From a bacterium (GTDB lineage: Bacteria > Patescibacteriota > Minisyncoccia > Phycocordibacterales > UBA2100): a DNA stretch of 64,000 bases. Positions 19,048 to 27,454 of this stretch are shown here, one piece after another. The translations under genes were made by a program, and so were the position numbers. Each line of letters begins with the position of its first letter. Positions within the stretch are counted from its first letter, which is position 1. The notes beneath the pieces were generated by a model that did not search any database, had not been told where the DNA came from, and saw nothing but the letters and a program-made list of their open reading frames with translations. Location: NCBI GenBank assembly GCA_030674455.1, contig JAUSGQ010000002.1, positions 6,207 through 70,206 of the forward strand. The letters are read 5' to 3'.

Positions 19048-19052
19048 GCAAG
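19027..19052. repeat. Family-4 palindrome CTTGCTTATTCGCGCGAATAAGCAAG (copy 2), encoding the ribE C-terminus ...LAYSRE*
   Basis: Identical to 1311..1334. Confidence 0.8.
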
Positions 19053-19070
19053 TAGTTAAGATTAATTTAT

Positions 19071-19514
19071 ATGAAATCAAAAAAGAAAATTCGGATAGGG
19101 ATTATCGGAACTTCGTTCCGTGAGGACGTTACGAGTGAGTTGGAAAAGCGCTGTGTTGCAACGCTTCTTGCTCGCGGTATTGCAAAAAACCACATTACGA
19201 TGGTTCGCGTTCCCGGCGCTCTTGAGGTTCCGCTCATCGTCAAAAAGATGGCGAAGCAGAAAAGATATGATGCGCTGATAACCTTCGGCGCGATAGTGAA
19301 GGGGAAGACATACCATTTCGAGCAGATTGCGAACGAGTGCTCGCGCGGATGCGCGGAGGTCGCGCTTCAATACGAAATTCCTGTGATATTCGAGATTCTT
19401 GCCGTTTACAAATTGTCGGACGCATTCGAGCGTGCGACGAGAAAGGTTGAGAACAAAGGCGTCGAAGCCGCGGAAACCGCGCTCTCGATGATTACACTCA
19501 TATCAAAATTATGA
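19071..19514 (+). CDS. ribH: 6,7-dimethyl-8-ribityllumazine synthase
   Basis: IGIIGTSFREDVT...VPGALEVPL...ITFGAIVKGKTYHFE. Confidence 0.9.
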   Translation: MKSKKKIRIGIIGTSFREDVTSELEKRCVATLLARGIAKNHITMVRVPGALEVPLIVKKMAKQKRYDALITFGAIVKGKTYHFEQIANECSRGCAEVALQYEIPVIFEILAVYKLSDAFERATRKVENKGVEAAETALSMITLISKL

Positions 19515-20803
19515 AAAGCTTAAAGAAAAAGTTTTGCACAGTGCCGGAAGCGATAGCGGAAATAAAGAAGGGCAAGATGCTCATTGTTGTTGATAGTCCG
19601 AAGCGGGAGAACGAGGCCGACTTATACATTCCCGCCGATGCCGCGACCGGAGAGAACATCAATACCATGCTGAAGTATGGAGGCGGTATTGTTTGCACCG
19701 CGATTACTCCTAAGCAAGCGCACAATCTCCGGCTTTCCGCGATGGTTCCCTTAAGACAGAATACCGAAAAGACAGGCGTGAATTTCACGATCTCGATGAA
19801 CGCAAAGAGAGGAATCACGAGCGGAGTTTCCGCATACGACAGGGCAAAAACGATACGCATACTCGCCAACCCAAAGTCGCGCCCTAGCGACATAGTAAAA
19901 CCAGGCCATGTGTTCGGGCTTGTGGCACGTGCCGGCGGCCTCTTGAAGCGTGAAGGCCACACCGAGGCGGCTGTTGATTTGGCGCGCCTTGCGGGGAGGG
20001 AGCCTGCGGGCGTCTTGTGCGAAATCGTCGGAAAAAATGGCCGCATGGCGCGAGGCGCCGAAATCCTGCGTTATGCGCGCGAACTTAAGGTAAAGATCGT
20101 GGCGATAAAAGATATTGTGCGATACCTGCGTGCGCATCCGCTTCCGCAACTTCAGTCTCCGCACGGTGTGGCGAGGTTCTCTGAATCCACGCTTCCCACG
20201 CTGCACGGAATGTTCCGCATCATCGTCTTCACGTCTACTATCGACGACCTTGAACATGTCGCGCTCATTCACCTGCCTGCCGCGCCCGCGGCGCAGGCAG
20301 GCGGCGATAGTAAAGAAATTTCGTCCGACGCTCATGGGAAGCCTGTTCTCGTCAGAGTTCACTCACAGTGTCTTACGGGAGACACATTCGGCTCCCTTCG
20401 GTGCGACTGCAGAGAACAATTGCAGGCAAGCATGGAAATAATCAGTAAGGCAGGAGGCGGAATCATTGTGTATCTCAATCAGGAAGGGCGCGGTATAGGG
20501 CTTGGAAATAAAATAAAAGCGTATGCGCTTCAGGATGAGGGGTACGACACGGTGGATGCAAACCACGCGCTTGGATTTGCCGCCGACGCGCGGGATTATG
20601 AAGTTGCCGCCATGATATTAAAAGACTTGGGCGCCAAAAGAATAGAATTGCTGTCCAATAATCCCGAGAAAGAAAAACAGCTTACCTCGTTCGGAATCAA
20701 TATCGCGAAAATGATCCCTCTGGAAATCCCACATAATGAGATAAACGCGGCATATCTTTCCGCAAAGAAAAAGAGGCTCGGCCACACATTAAAGAATGTT
20801 TAA
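19511..20803 (+). CDS. ribBA: Bifunctional 3,4-dihydroxy-2-butanone-4-phosphate synthase / GTP cyclohydrolase II
   Basis: The DHBP synthase half has RENEADL...GHTEAAVDLARLAG. The GCHII half has RVHSQCLTGD...CDCREQL. The inter-domain linker carries an in-frame family-1 palindrome (HLPAAPAAQAGGD). Confidence 0.9.
   Translation: MKSLKKKFCTVPEAIAEIKKGKMLIVVDSPKRENEADLYIPADAATGENINTMLKYGGGIVCTAITPKQAHNLRLSAMVPLRQNTEKTGVNFTISMNAKRGITSGVSAYDRAKTIRILANPKSRPSDIVKPGHVFGLVARAGGLLKREGHTEAAVDLARLAGREPAGVLCEIVGKNGRMARGAEILRYARELKVKIVAIKDIVRYLRAHPLPQLQSPHGVARFSESTLPTLHGMFRIIVFTSTIDDLEHVALIHLPAAPAAQAGGDSKEISSDAHGKPVLVRVHSQCLTGDTFGSLRCDCREQLQASMEIISKAGGGIIVYLNQEGRGIGLGNKIKAYALQDEGYDTVDANHALGFAADARDYEVAAMILKDLGAKRIELLSNNPEKEKQLTSFGINIAKMIPLEIPHNEINAAYLSAKKKRLGHTLKNV
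20273..20302. repeat. Family-1 palindrome CCTGCCTGCCGCGCCCGCGGCGCAGGCAGGC in the ribBA linker, in frame
   Basis: Canonical arms CCTGCCTGC/GCAGGCAGG. Confidence 0.8.
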
Positions 20804-20808
20804 ACGCT

Positions 20809-21894
20809 ATGAAAAATTCTTTCATAGGGGACGAGAAGTTCATTGACGAGGCACTAAGATTAGCGGTTAAAGGCATCGGTCAAACGAATCCAAATCCGAT
20901 GGTCGGCTCTGTCATTGTTAAAAACGGCAAAATCATCGGACGCGGATACCACAAGAGAGCGGGCACTGCTCATGCGGAAGTTTTGGCACTTAGAGATGCG
21001 GGCGCCGACGTCTCCGGCGCGACTCTTTATACAAATCTTGAGCCGTGCGCTCACTTCGGCAAGACTCCGCCCTGTGTGGAATCCATAATCAATGCGGGAA
21101 TAAAAAGGGTTGTTTGTTCCGCCATCGACCCCAATCCGAAAGTGCAAGGTAAAGGAGTAGCTCGCCTCAAAAAATCCGGCATTTCTGTTTCTGTGGGGAC
21201 GGAAAAAGAAGCTGCGCATGCTCTTAACGAATCGTTTTTTGTTTTTCACGAAAAGAAGCGCCCATTCGTCGCTCTTAAATTCGCGATGAGCTTGGACGGA
21301 AAGCTGGCAACGCGAACCGGCGATTCAAAGTGGATTACCGGCGAAAAGGCCAGAGCTTTTGCGCGAGAATTGAGAGGTGCCTACCAGGCGATTCTTGTCG
21401 GCGTGAATACGGTGATTCGCGATAATCCGCATCTTGGAGTCCGTGCAAAGGGAAGGAGAGACCCTGTGCGGGTAATTGTGGATTCTCATCTACGCATCCC
21501 GCTCCGTGCGAATGTTCTTCGGGATTCAAATGTCATTATTGCGACAACATCCAGCGCTCCAAAAAAGAGAATAGAGGAGCTGGAAAAACGAGGCATTCGC
21601 GTTCTCGTTTTTAAGGCGCGAATTTCCATTCCAAAGCTTCTTGCCGAACTGCGAAAAGCTGAAATTATCAGCGTATTCGTTGAGGGCGGCGGAGAAATAC
21701 TGGGCAGTTTTATTGACGCCAAAATTGTCGATAAAGCATACATTTTTTGCGCGCCCGTTTTAGTTGGAGGAAAAGATGCGCACTCCATAGGCGGAAAGGG
21801 CGTGCAGAAAATCGCGCAGGGATTGCGTCTCAAAACCGAATCAGTGAGTACACTTGGTGATGACATTATCGTAATTGCGGATAGGCTAACATGA
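20809..21894 (+). CDS. ribD: Bifunctional diaminohydroxyphosphoribosylaminopyrimidine deaminase / 5-amino-6-(5-phosphoribosylamino)uracil reductase
   Basis: The deaminase zinc motifs HAEVLAL and LEPCAHFGKTPPC are present, plus a C-terminal reductase domain. Confidence 0.9.
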   Translation: MKNSFIGDEKFIDEALRLAVKGIGQTNPNPMVGSVIVKNGKIIGRGYHKRAGTAHAEVLALRDAGADVSGATLYTNLEPCAHFGKTPPCVESIINAGIKRVVCSAIDPNPKVQGKGVARLKKSGISVSVGTEKEAAHALNESFFVFHEKKRPFVALKFAMSLDGKLATRTGDSKWITGEKARAFARELRGAYQAILVGVNTVIRDNPHLGVRAKGRRDPVRVIVDSHLRIPLRANVLRDSNVIIATTSSAPKKRIEELEKRGIRVLVFKARISIPKLLAELRKAEIISVFVEGGGEILGSFIDAKIVDKAYIFCAPVLVGGKDAHSIGGKGVQKIAQGLRLKTESVSTLGDDIIVIADRLT

Positions 21895-21921
21895 TTGAGT
21901 TCCGGCTAATCGCACCTTATC

Positions 21922-21960
21922 AACACATCCTTACAAACTTGAGAATGTAAGGATGATGTT
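21922..21960. repeat. Family-2 variant palindrome ACATCCTTACA-aacttgagaa-TGTAAGGATG
   Basis: It shares the central AACTTGAGAA with copies at 22258 and 47104. It lies between ribD and the arsR-like gene. Confidence 0.7.
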
Positions 21961-21965
21961 ATGAT

Positions 21966-22256
21966 ATGAATATGACCAAAGTAAAAAATGCGAAGCAAAT
22001 GGAGCGGCACTTAAAAGGAATATCAAACCATTACCGCATAGAGATTTTACTTCTCGTAGCCGAAAGTGGAGGCATAACGCTTGAAGAAATTGTAAGAACG
22101 CTCGGCGCAAATGAGAAAACATTGGGGGAACACACGCGGCGGCTCCAGAATAGCGGACTCATAAATAAAAAATATCGTGGCAAGTTTGTTGAGCACACGT
22201 TATCTCCTTACGGCAAGTTGTTCGTCCGTTTTCTCAAATCATTCCAGCACGTTTAA
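21966..22256 (+). CDS. ArsR/SmtB-family winged-helix transcriptional regulator
   Basis: 96 aa with HYRIEILLLVAESGGITLEEIVRTLGANEKTLGEHTRRLQNSGLI (HTH). The gene is flanked by family-2 variant palindromes on both sides. Confidence 0.65.
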   Translation: MNMTKVKNAKQMERHLKGISNHYRIEILLLVAESGGITLEEIVRTLGANEKTLGEHTRRLQNSGLINKKYRGKFVEHTLSPYGKLFVRFLKSFQHV

Positions 22257-22257
22257 G

Positions 22258-22289
22258 ACATCCTTACAAACTTGAGAATGTTGGTATGT
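22258..22289. repeat. Family-2 hybrid palindrome ACATCCTTACAAACTTGAGAATGTTGGTATGT
   Basis: The left arm is of the 21925 type and the right arm of the 16877 type. Confidence 0.6.
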
Positions 22290-22427
22290 GTTTGTGGTTG
22301 GAAGCGCGATTGACGCAAAAATGATATATTCAGTTCCGCCTGCCGAAGTAGCTCAGCCCCGACGCCCTGCGGGGTCGGGGAGCCGACCGAAGCGTCGGCT
22401 TTGGTAAGAGGGTTGTTCTTTAGTTAA

Positions 22428-22500
22428 GCCACCTTAGCTCAGTTGGTAGAGCACGTCTTTCGTAAAGACGATGTCCGCGGTTCGATTCCGCGAGGTGGCT
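22428..22500 (+). tRNA. tRNA-Thr (anticodon CGT)
   Basis: GCCACCTTAGCTCAGTTGGTAGAGCACGTCTTTCGTAAAGACGATGTCCGCGGTTCGATTCCGCGAGGTGGCT. Anticodon stem CGTCT/AGACG, loop TTCGTAA. T-loop GGTTCGATTCC. Confidence 0.9.
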
Positions 22501-22586
22501 CAAAATAGGTTTAAGCACGACAGCACTTTTACTGGCGACGTAGAGCGAGTGAAATGAAAACGTACTCATTTTCATTTCCGAGCCGA

Positions 22587-22645
22587 GCCTGCCTGCGCCC
22601 GCTGGCCTGCCTGTGCGTGGCACGCAGACAGGCGGGCAGGCAGGG
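22587..22645. repeat. Composite family-1 GC-rich nested palindrome downstream of tRNA-Thr. It contains the 26-mer CTGCCTGTGCGTGGCACGCAGACAGG, which is also found inside proC
   Basis: Outer arms GCCTGCCTGCGCCCGC / GCGGGCAGGCAGGG. The inner 26-mer is identical to 44163..44188. Confidence 0.8.
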
Positions 22646-22695
22646 AGTCAGAAACCGGCGTAACGCCCTGCGGTCTCGAAGTGAGACGGTTTACC

Positions 22696-23079
22696 CTATC
22701 CGCGCGCCTTTTTCGCTGCTTTTTTCGCGCCTTTCAGTGCTTCCAGCTTGACTGCTCGCGCGGAGCCGCCAATCGTTTTCCAGTGTTTTTTCAAATCTTG
22801 CGCCAGCGCCTTTATTTCTTCGCGGCTTGCCTTTTTTCCTTTCTCATACGTCGCGGCCACGGAATCAATGATTTCGCGGTACACCGGCTCGCTCACGTCG
22901 CGCGCCTTCTCTAATTTCTCAACGACATCGCCTTTCATCTTGATAGCCCATGCCTTTGTCTGCCTCCGATGCGCCTTACCTTTCGGCCCGAGAAAGAAAT
23001 AGGCCGCCGCCAAACTGGCAACACTCGCGCCGAGAACGGCCAATTTTGCCGCGCCTGAACTTTTGCTTGATTTTTTCAT
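22696..23079 (-). CDS. Hypothetical small membrane-anchored coiled-coil protein (YtxH-like)
   Basis: It has an N-terminal TM helix, and the rest is charged and helical. Confidence 0.4.
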   Translation of the reverse strand: MKKSSKSSGAAKLAVLGASVASLAAAYFFLGPKGKAHRRQTKAWAIKMKGDVVEKLEKARDVSEPVYREIIDSVAATYEKGKKASREEIKALAQDLKKHWKTIGGSARAVKLEALKGAKKAAKKARG

Positions 23080-23157
23080 TTTATTTTTGATATTAAAAAT
23101 ATTAATTGCTCGACCCCGCCGTCCACGCCGTTTCAGAAACGAATGTGTTACAGCAGA

Positions 23158-23400
23158 TTACTTTTTATCCTTGTTTTTCTTCCTCCGTGCGGGAGGGAAA
23201 AAAAGCCGAAAAACCATATTATCTTCCAAACGCTCCCGAAGCTCCGCGATGAATTCCTCCGATTCCTTGAAACCGCCCTTGAGTGCCTCTGAAAGGATGT
23301 AGAGATTTTTCCCCGCCTTGATTAAATAAAACAGGAGAATGGAAGCCAAAACCGCCAACACAACCGTTGACACGGAAGATATAAAAAAGAAAATGTCCAT
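23158..23400 (-). CDS. Hypothetical small membrane protein (80 aa)
   Basis: It has an N-terminal TM helix and a charged helical tail. Confidence 0.4.
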   Translation of the reverse strand: MDIFFFISSVSTVVLAVLASILLFYLIKAGKNLYILSEALKGGFKESEEFIAELRERLEDNMVFRLFFPPARRKKNKDKK

Positions 23401-23747
23401 TTTAAAGGAGAAATTCCAATGGACAAAAAATAAAGAACTTTCTTAATCGTATCCTCGCGCTTATCGCCAAAATCGCGCTACCGCAATAGCCGGAAATATG
23501 GTACCCCGTTAGAAGCCCGCCCGCCATCGCCCGAAAGCGACGGCAGTGACGAACTTGATGAGCGAATAAATACTTCCCGTTCGTTTTCATACCACTTGCC
23601 ACGCTCTGGCTTTGGCGGGCAGGTAGGAAGCGATGCTTCCCGCTTCAGAAAACTTACAGTGAGACCTATTCGGTATTCTGAAAGAGTCTTCTAACTTAGC
23701 ATATTTCAGCCTTCCGAGACTTCTAACGAGGTGGTATAATATACCTA

Positions 23748-23942
23748 ATGAAGCACTGGTCAGTCGATACGCGCGCGCTAGAGAATGACCCGGACGCGCT
23801 GGCCGTGTGGGAACTTGAGAATGCCGTCAATTTCGGAATTCGCGACGGTAAAATCAAGAAGCAAGACCTTCTCGCCTATTGGGACAAGCTTGAACTAGAC
23901 CCGCACAAAAAGAAGTTTCTTTCTCTCATACTATCGCAATGA
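23748..23942 (+). CDS. Small protein translationally coupled to the AbiEii-like toxin gene; putative antitoxin
   Basis: 64 aa. Stop and start overlap (ATGA) with the downstream gene. It is preceded by a TGGTATAAT extended -10 positioned so the transcript would be leaderless. Confidence 0.4.
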   Translation: MKHWSVDTRALENDPDALAVWELENAVNFGIRDGKIKKQDLLAYWDKLELDPHKKKFLSLILSQ

Positions 23943-24595
23943 CCTCCATTCTTTCGGACAACCAGCAAAAGTTGCTGAAATTGTTGAGCGAAGAGCAGCG
24001 CATTTGCCAGACATTTTACCTGTCTGGAGGGACAGCGCTTGCGGAGTTTTATTTGCAACATCGGCTCTCGGAAGATTTGGATTTCTTCTCGGAAGAAGAG
24101 TTCGAGCCGGAAGGCGTTTCTGCAGTATTGAAGAAGCTCCAAAAAGCAGTAGGAATTATCCGTGTGAGGTATGAACAATCTTTCAACAGAAATCTTTTTT
24201 TCCTTGAACTTGAGAAGGATGAAATTAAGACGGAGTTTACCTATTTTCCGTTCCCGCGAATCGAACAAAAGAAGAAGATTGGCAGTCTGCATATCGACAG
24301 CATCATCGATATCGCAGTCAATAAAATATTTACAATCTATCAAAAGCCTCGTTCGCGCGACTTCATTGATTTGTACTGCATTCTGAAGCGTGAGCCGTGG
24401 ACTATCGACGACCTCGTAAAGAAGGCGAGGATAAAATTCGATTATCATATAGACCCTCTGCAACTCGGCGCGCAGTTTCTGCGTGCGCAAGAGCTAAAGG
24501 ACTATCCGCGTATGCTCATACCTCTTGACGAGAACGCGTGGCAAAAGTTCTTTCTTGAGGAAGCGAAACGGTTGTCCCCCGAGATTCTCAAGTAA
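23939..24595 (+). CDS. Nucleotidyltransferase of the AbiEii/DUF1814 toxin family (type IV TA / abortive infection)
   Basis: It has the N-terminal motif YLSGGTALAEFYLQHRLSEDLDFF (G-G-x-A-L...R-x-S-x-D-x-D), typical of AbiEii nucleotidyltransferase toxins. 218 aa. Confidence 0.6.
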   Translation: MTSILSDNQQKLLKLLSEEQRICQTFYLSGGTALAEFYLQHRLSEDLDFFSEEEFEPEGVSAVLKKLQKAVGIIRVRYEQSFNRNLFFLELEKDEIKTEFTYFPFPRIEQKKKIGSLHIDSIIDIAVNKIFTIYQKPRSRDFIDLYCILKREPWTIDDLVKKARIKFDYHIDPLQLGAQFLRAQELKDYPRMLIPLDENAWQKFFLEEAKRLSPEILK

Positions 24596-24797
24596 ATCGG
24601 CTCTTTCGAGACCGCAGGGCGTTAAACCATGCGGCTCGAAAGACAGCCCTGCGCACAAGCGCAGGGCGTTGTGCCGATTTCTAACTCCTCGACTCGGAAG
24701 AGTACATGAGTACATGTACTCTTCTCTCGCTCTACGTCGCCAGCAAGAAGTCTGCCATGTAATAATTCAAGCCCTCTTACGGCTTCGTTAGCATGAA

Positions 24798-25292
24798 ATG
24801 AAAGAAACCAAAGCCATGCCAATAGGCAGGCAGGGATTTATCTCGCCCCTGCTCCTCGCGCTTATCGCTATCCTCGTGCTTGGCGGCGGGGCGTATGTGT
24901 ATGTACACAATAAGAAACAGGGGAATCAGCCCGTGGCTTCTTCTACTCAAGCAACATCAACGGCGCAGACTTTAGACTTGAAGACATCCCCACCTCCTCA
25001 AGCTGGGATGTTGCGATACCAAAGTTCTCTCGGCTTTAGCATAGACTATCCAGAAAAATGGAGGATTGAATCTGCGACGATTGAAGGGTTCGGAAGCATA
25101 AAGGAAGCGGAAAAAGTCAGCGGGAACCATTTTTCTATTTATAGTTATCCAGAAAATAATTCTTACAACCCCGGAGCTTCGGTGCCGCAGATGGAATTAG
25201 CAGAAAAGACACTTATCATTATCGGATACTGGAAGATTGGGCATCGAGTAGGAGAAACTGCAGAAGGGCGACAAAATATCTGTCGAGGATGA
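24798..25292 (+). CDS. Hypothetical secreted/membrane-anchored protein
   Basis: It has an N-terminal TM helix/signal anchor (ISPLLLALIAILVLGGGAYVYV). No recognised domain. Confidence 0.45.
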   Translation: MKETKAMPIGRQGFISPLLLALIAILVLGGGAYVYVHNKKQGNQPVASSTQATSTAQTLDLKTSPPPQAGMLRYQSSLGFSIDYPEKWRIESATIEGFGSIKEAEKVSGNHFSIYSYPENNSYNPGASVPQMELAEKTLIIIGYWKIGHRVGETAEGRQNICRG

Positions 25293-25395
25293 AAATGGGA
25301 CCATTACTACTTTTAGTGATATTTGCTGACAGACTATAACTCCTAAGCGATTTGATATACCCCATGAGATAAGAGAGTAAAAGATAATACGGTAA

Positions 25396-26343
25396 GTGGA
25401 GTGCATGTATCTCACGGGGTATACTGCTCGAATGCAATCGAAAGAAGAAATTGAACGGCGGATAGCGGATATAGAAACGGCAATGGCTAGCCCTGATTTT
25501 TGGGCTGATAAAGAAAAGGCGCAGGCCACACTTAAAGAGTATCAAGATTTAAAAGCAAAGCTTGCGGGCGGGGGTTCATACGACAAAAGCGATGCGATTA
25601 TTTCAATAATCTCCGGCGCGGGCGGTGATGATGCGGAAGATTTTTCCAGAATTCTTTTCAGTATGTACAGTAAGTATGTTGCGAGCAAGGGATGGCGCAC
25701 ATCGCTTCTCTCGGCAAACGAGAATTCGGTCGGCGGGTACAGAAGCGTCTCGTTTGAAGTTTTGGGCTCCCATTCGGCAAGCTCAGGACAAGCGGGCGCA
25801 TATGGCTCCTTAAAGAACGAAGCGGGCGTGCATCGGCTCGTGCGCATGTCGCCGTTTAATGCGGCGGGGAAACGGCAAACAAGTTTTTCAATGGTTGAGG
25901 TGCTTCCCAAGTTGCCTGACGCGGGGGAATTGCATATACCGGATGCGGAAATTGAAGTTTCTGTCGCGCGCTCCGGCGGCCCCGGCGGACAAAATGTAAA
26001 CAAGCGCGACACTGCCGTCCGAATGACGCATACTCCGACAGGAATTTCCGTTCAGGTTACCTCAGAGCGCAGCCAGGCCCAGAATCGGGAGAAAGCGCTG
26101 GAAATGATACGGGGAAAACTGTTTAAGTTGCGTGAAGATGCGCAATTGAAAGAGTCGCGCGGCTTTTCCGTTGCCGCAACGACAAAAATAGAGTGGGGAA
26201 GCCAGATACGCTCGTATGTATTGCACCCGTACAAGCTCGTGAAAGACCATCGCACCGATCATGAAGAACACGACACCGACAAAGTGCTCGATGGCGGCAT
26301 TCAGCCATTCATCGATGCGGAAAAGAATTTAGGCAATTCTTAA
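25396..26343 (+). CDS. prfB: Peptide chain release factor 2, with a short N-terminus and no recognisable frameshift site
   Basis: It has the SPF tripeptide (VRMSPFNAAGKRQTSF), the GGQ motif (SGGPGGQNVNK), and WGSQIRSYVLHPY. The alignment starts near E. coli RF2 residue 60. The start could alternatively be the ATG at 25432. Confidence 0.8.
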   Translation: MECMYLTGYTARMQSKEEIERRIADIETAMASPDFWADKEKAQATLKEYQDLKAKLAGGGSYDKSDAIISIISGAGGDDAEDFSRILFSMYSKYVASKGWRTSLLSANENSVGGYRSVSFEVLGSHSASSGQAGAYGSLKNEAGVHRLVRMSPFNAAGKRQTSFSMVEVLPKLPDAGELHIPDAEIEVSVARSGGPGGQNVNKRDTAVRMTHTPTGISVQVTSERSQAQNREKALEMIRGKLFKLREDAQLKESRGFSVAATTKIEWGSQIRSYVLHPYKLVKDHRTDHEEHDTDKVLDGGIQPFIDAEKNLGNS

Positions 26344-26504
26344 GAGCGGAGGATCCTGCTCCAGATTTCCTTCCCCGCACTTTTCAGTCCATATTGATAT
26401 CGTGATACAATTGTACGAATGGATGCTAAACGACCTTTTGAGCAGTTGGTGAAAGTGCGGGACGCTCAAAAAATATAGTCGCTTTGCTCCTTATTTTTTG
26501 GCGC

Positions 26505-27185
26505 ATGATTCAATACGATAAAGTCACAAAGATTTACCACGGAGGCCAGCATGCGGTTGAGGACATCACTCTGCATGTTGAACCCGGCGAGTTTGTCTTT
26601 ATTGTCGGGCATTCCGGTGCGGGGAAAACAACGCTCCTGAAGATGCTTTTTGCCGAGGTGCTTCCGACCTCGGGCGCGGTTTACTTCGATTCTCGCTCAA
26701 TAGGTGAGCTGTCTAATGCGGAGCTTTTGAGGGTGAGGCGCAATATCGGCACGATTTTCCAGGATTTCCGCCTTCTGCCGACAAAAACAATCTATGAAAA
26801 TATCGCTTTTGCGCTTGAGGTAGCAGGCAAAGACGATGACGACATTAGGGCCGATGTCCCGCATGTCCTGGAACTCGTCGGATTAGCCGACAAGATGTGG
26901 AGTTTCCCGCGCGAGCTTTCCGGAGGAGAACAGCAGAGAGTCGCAATAGCGCGCGCGATTGTAAATCAGCCTGCAGTGCTTATTGCGGATGAGCCTACGG
27001 GAAATTTGGACCCGATAAATACGCACGATGTCTTGGAAATTTTAAAAAAGATAAACAATCTTGGGACTACGGTACTGCTCGCGACACACAACAGGTCGGT
27101 CGTGGATGCCGGCGGCAAGCGCGTGATAACGATGGACCAGGGGCGATTAATACGCGACGACAAGGAGGGGAAGTATGTCTTATGA
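26505..27185 (+). CDS. ftsE: Cell-division ABC transporter ATP-binding protein FtsE
   Basis: Walker A GHSGAGKTT. ABC signature LSGGEQQRVAIARA. Walker B LIADEPTGNLD. Confidence 0.9.
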   Translation: MIQYDKVTKIYHGGQHAVEDITLHVEPGEFVFIVGHSGAGKTTLLKMLFAEVLPTSGAVYFDSRSIGELSNAELLRVRRNIGTIFQDFRLLPTKTIYENIAFALEVAGKDDDDIRADVPHVLELVGLADKMWSFPRELSGGEQQRVAIARAIVNQPAVLIADEPTGNLDPINTHDVLEILKKINNLGTTVLLATHNRSVVDAGGKRVITMDQGRLIRDDKEGKYVL

Positions 27186-27454
27186 AATTAACGACCGAAG
27201 GGAGTATAATTTCAAAGACCCAGCACTATCTTGGCATCACACAACTTCCGTTCATCCTTCCGATACCGTTGAGACAGTCTCAACAAGGTCGTACAATGGA
27301 CACATGAGAACGGATGCCAAAATGGTGCTGGGTGTATGCCAAAGGCATATCGTGTCTTCACTCGGGCATCATGTCTGCAAAATGCAGACGCGATGGCCCT
27401 CGCTAGACACGATAAGATTTTCTAAGCTCGCTTCGCTCACTAACAAAATCTAAC

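Noticed and set aside
22330-22427. tRNA-like start (GTAGCTCAG) in a GC-rich structured segment upstream of tRNA-Thr
   Set aside because: After the D-loop-like motif there is no anticodon arm or T-loop (no GTTCGANTCC). It is more likely another GC-rich palindromic repeat (CCCCGAC...GTCGGGG, GCCGAC...GTCGGC).
23402-23747. Possible structured small RNA (SRP/RNase P-like) in the 350-bp gap before the AbiE locus
   Set aside because: I could not match SRP (GGAAGCAGCCAAGGCAG), RNase P or tmRNA hallmark motifs. Only a short GGAAGCGATGCTTCC hairpin is evident.
25290-25400. Search for the canonical RF2 +1 frameshift window (CUU UGA C with upstream SD)
   Set aside because: Not found in any frame within 150 nt upstream of the RF2 body. 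It is reported as a finding of absence, not as a feature.
27175-27453. 92-aa ORF filling the ftsE-ftsX spacer
   Set aside because: No hydrophobic core or recognisable motifs, and a His/Ser/Thr-rich composition typical of chance ORFs. The interval is better explained as structured non-coding DNA.
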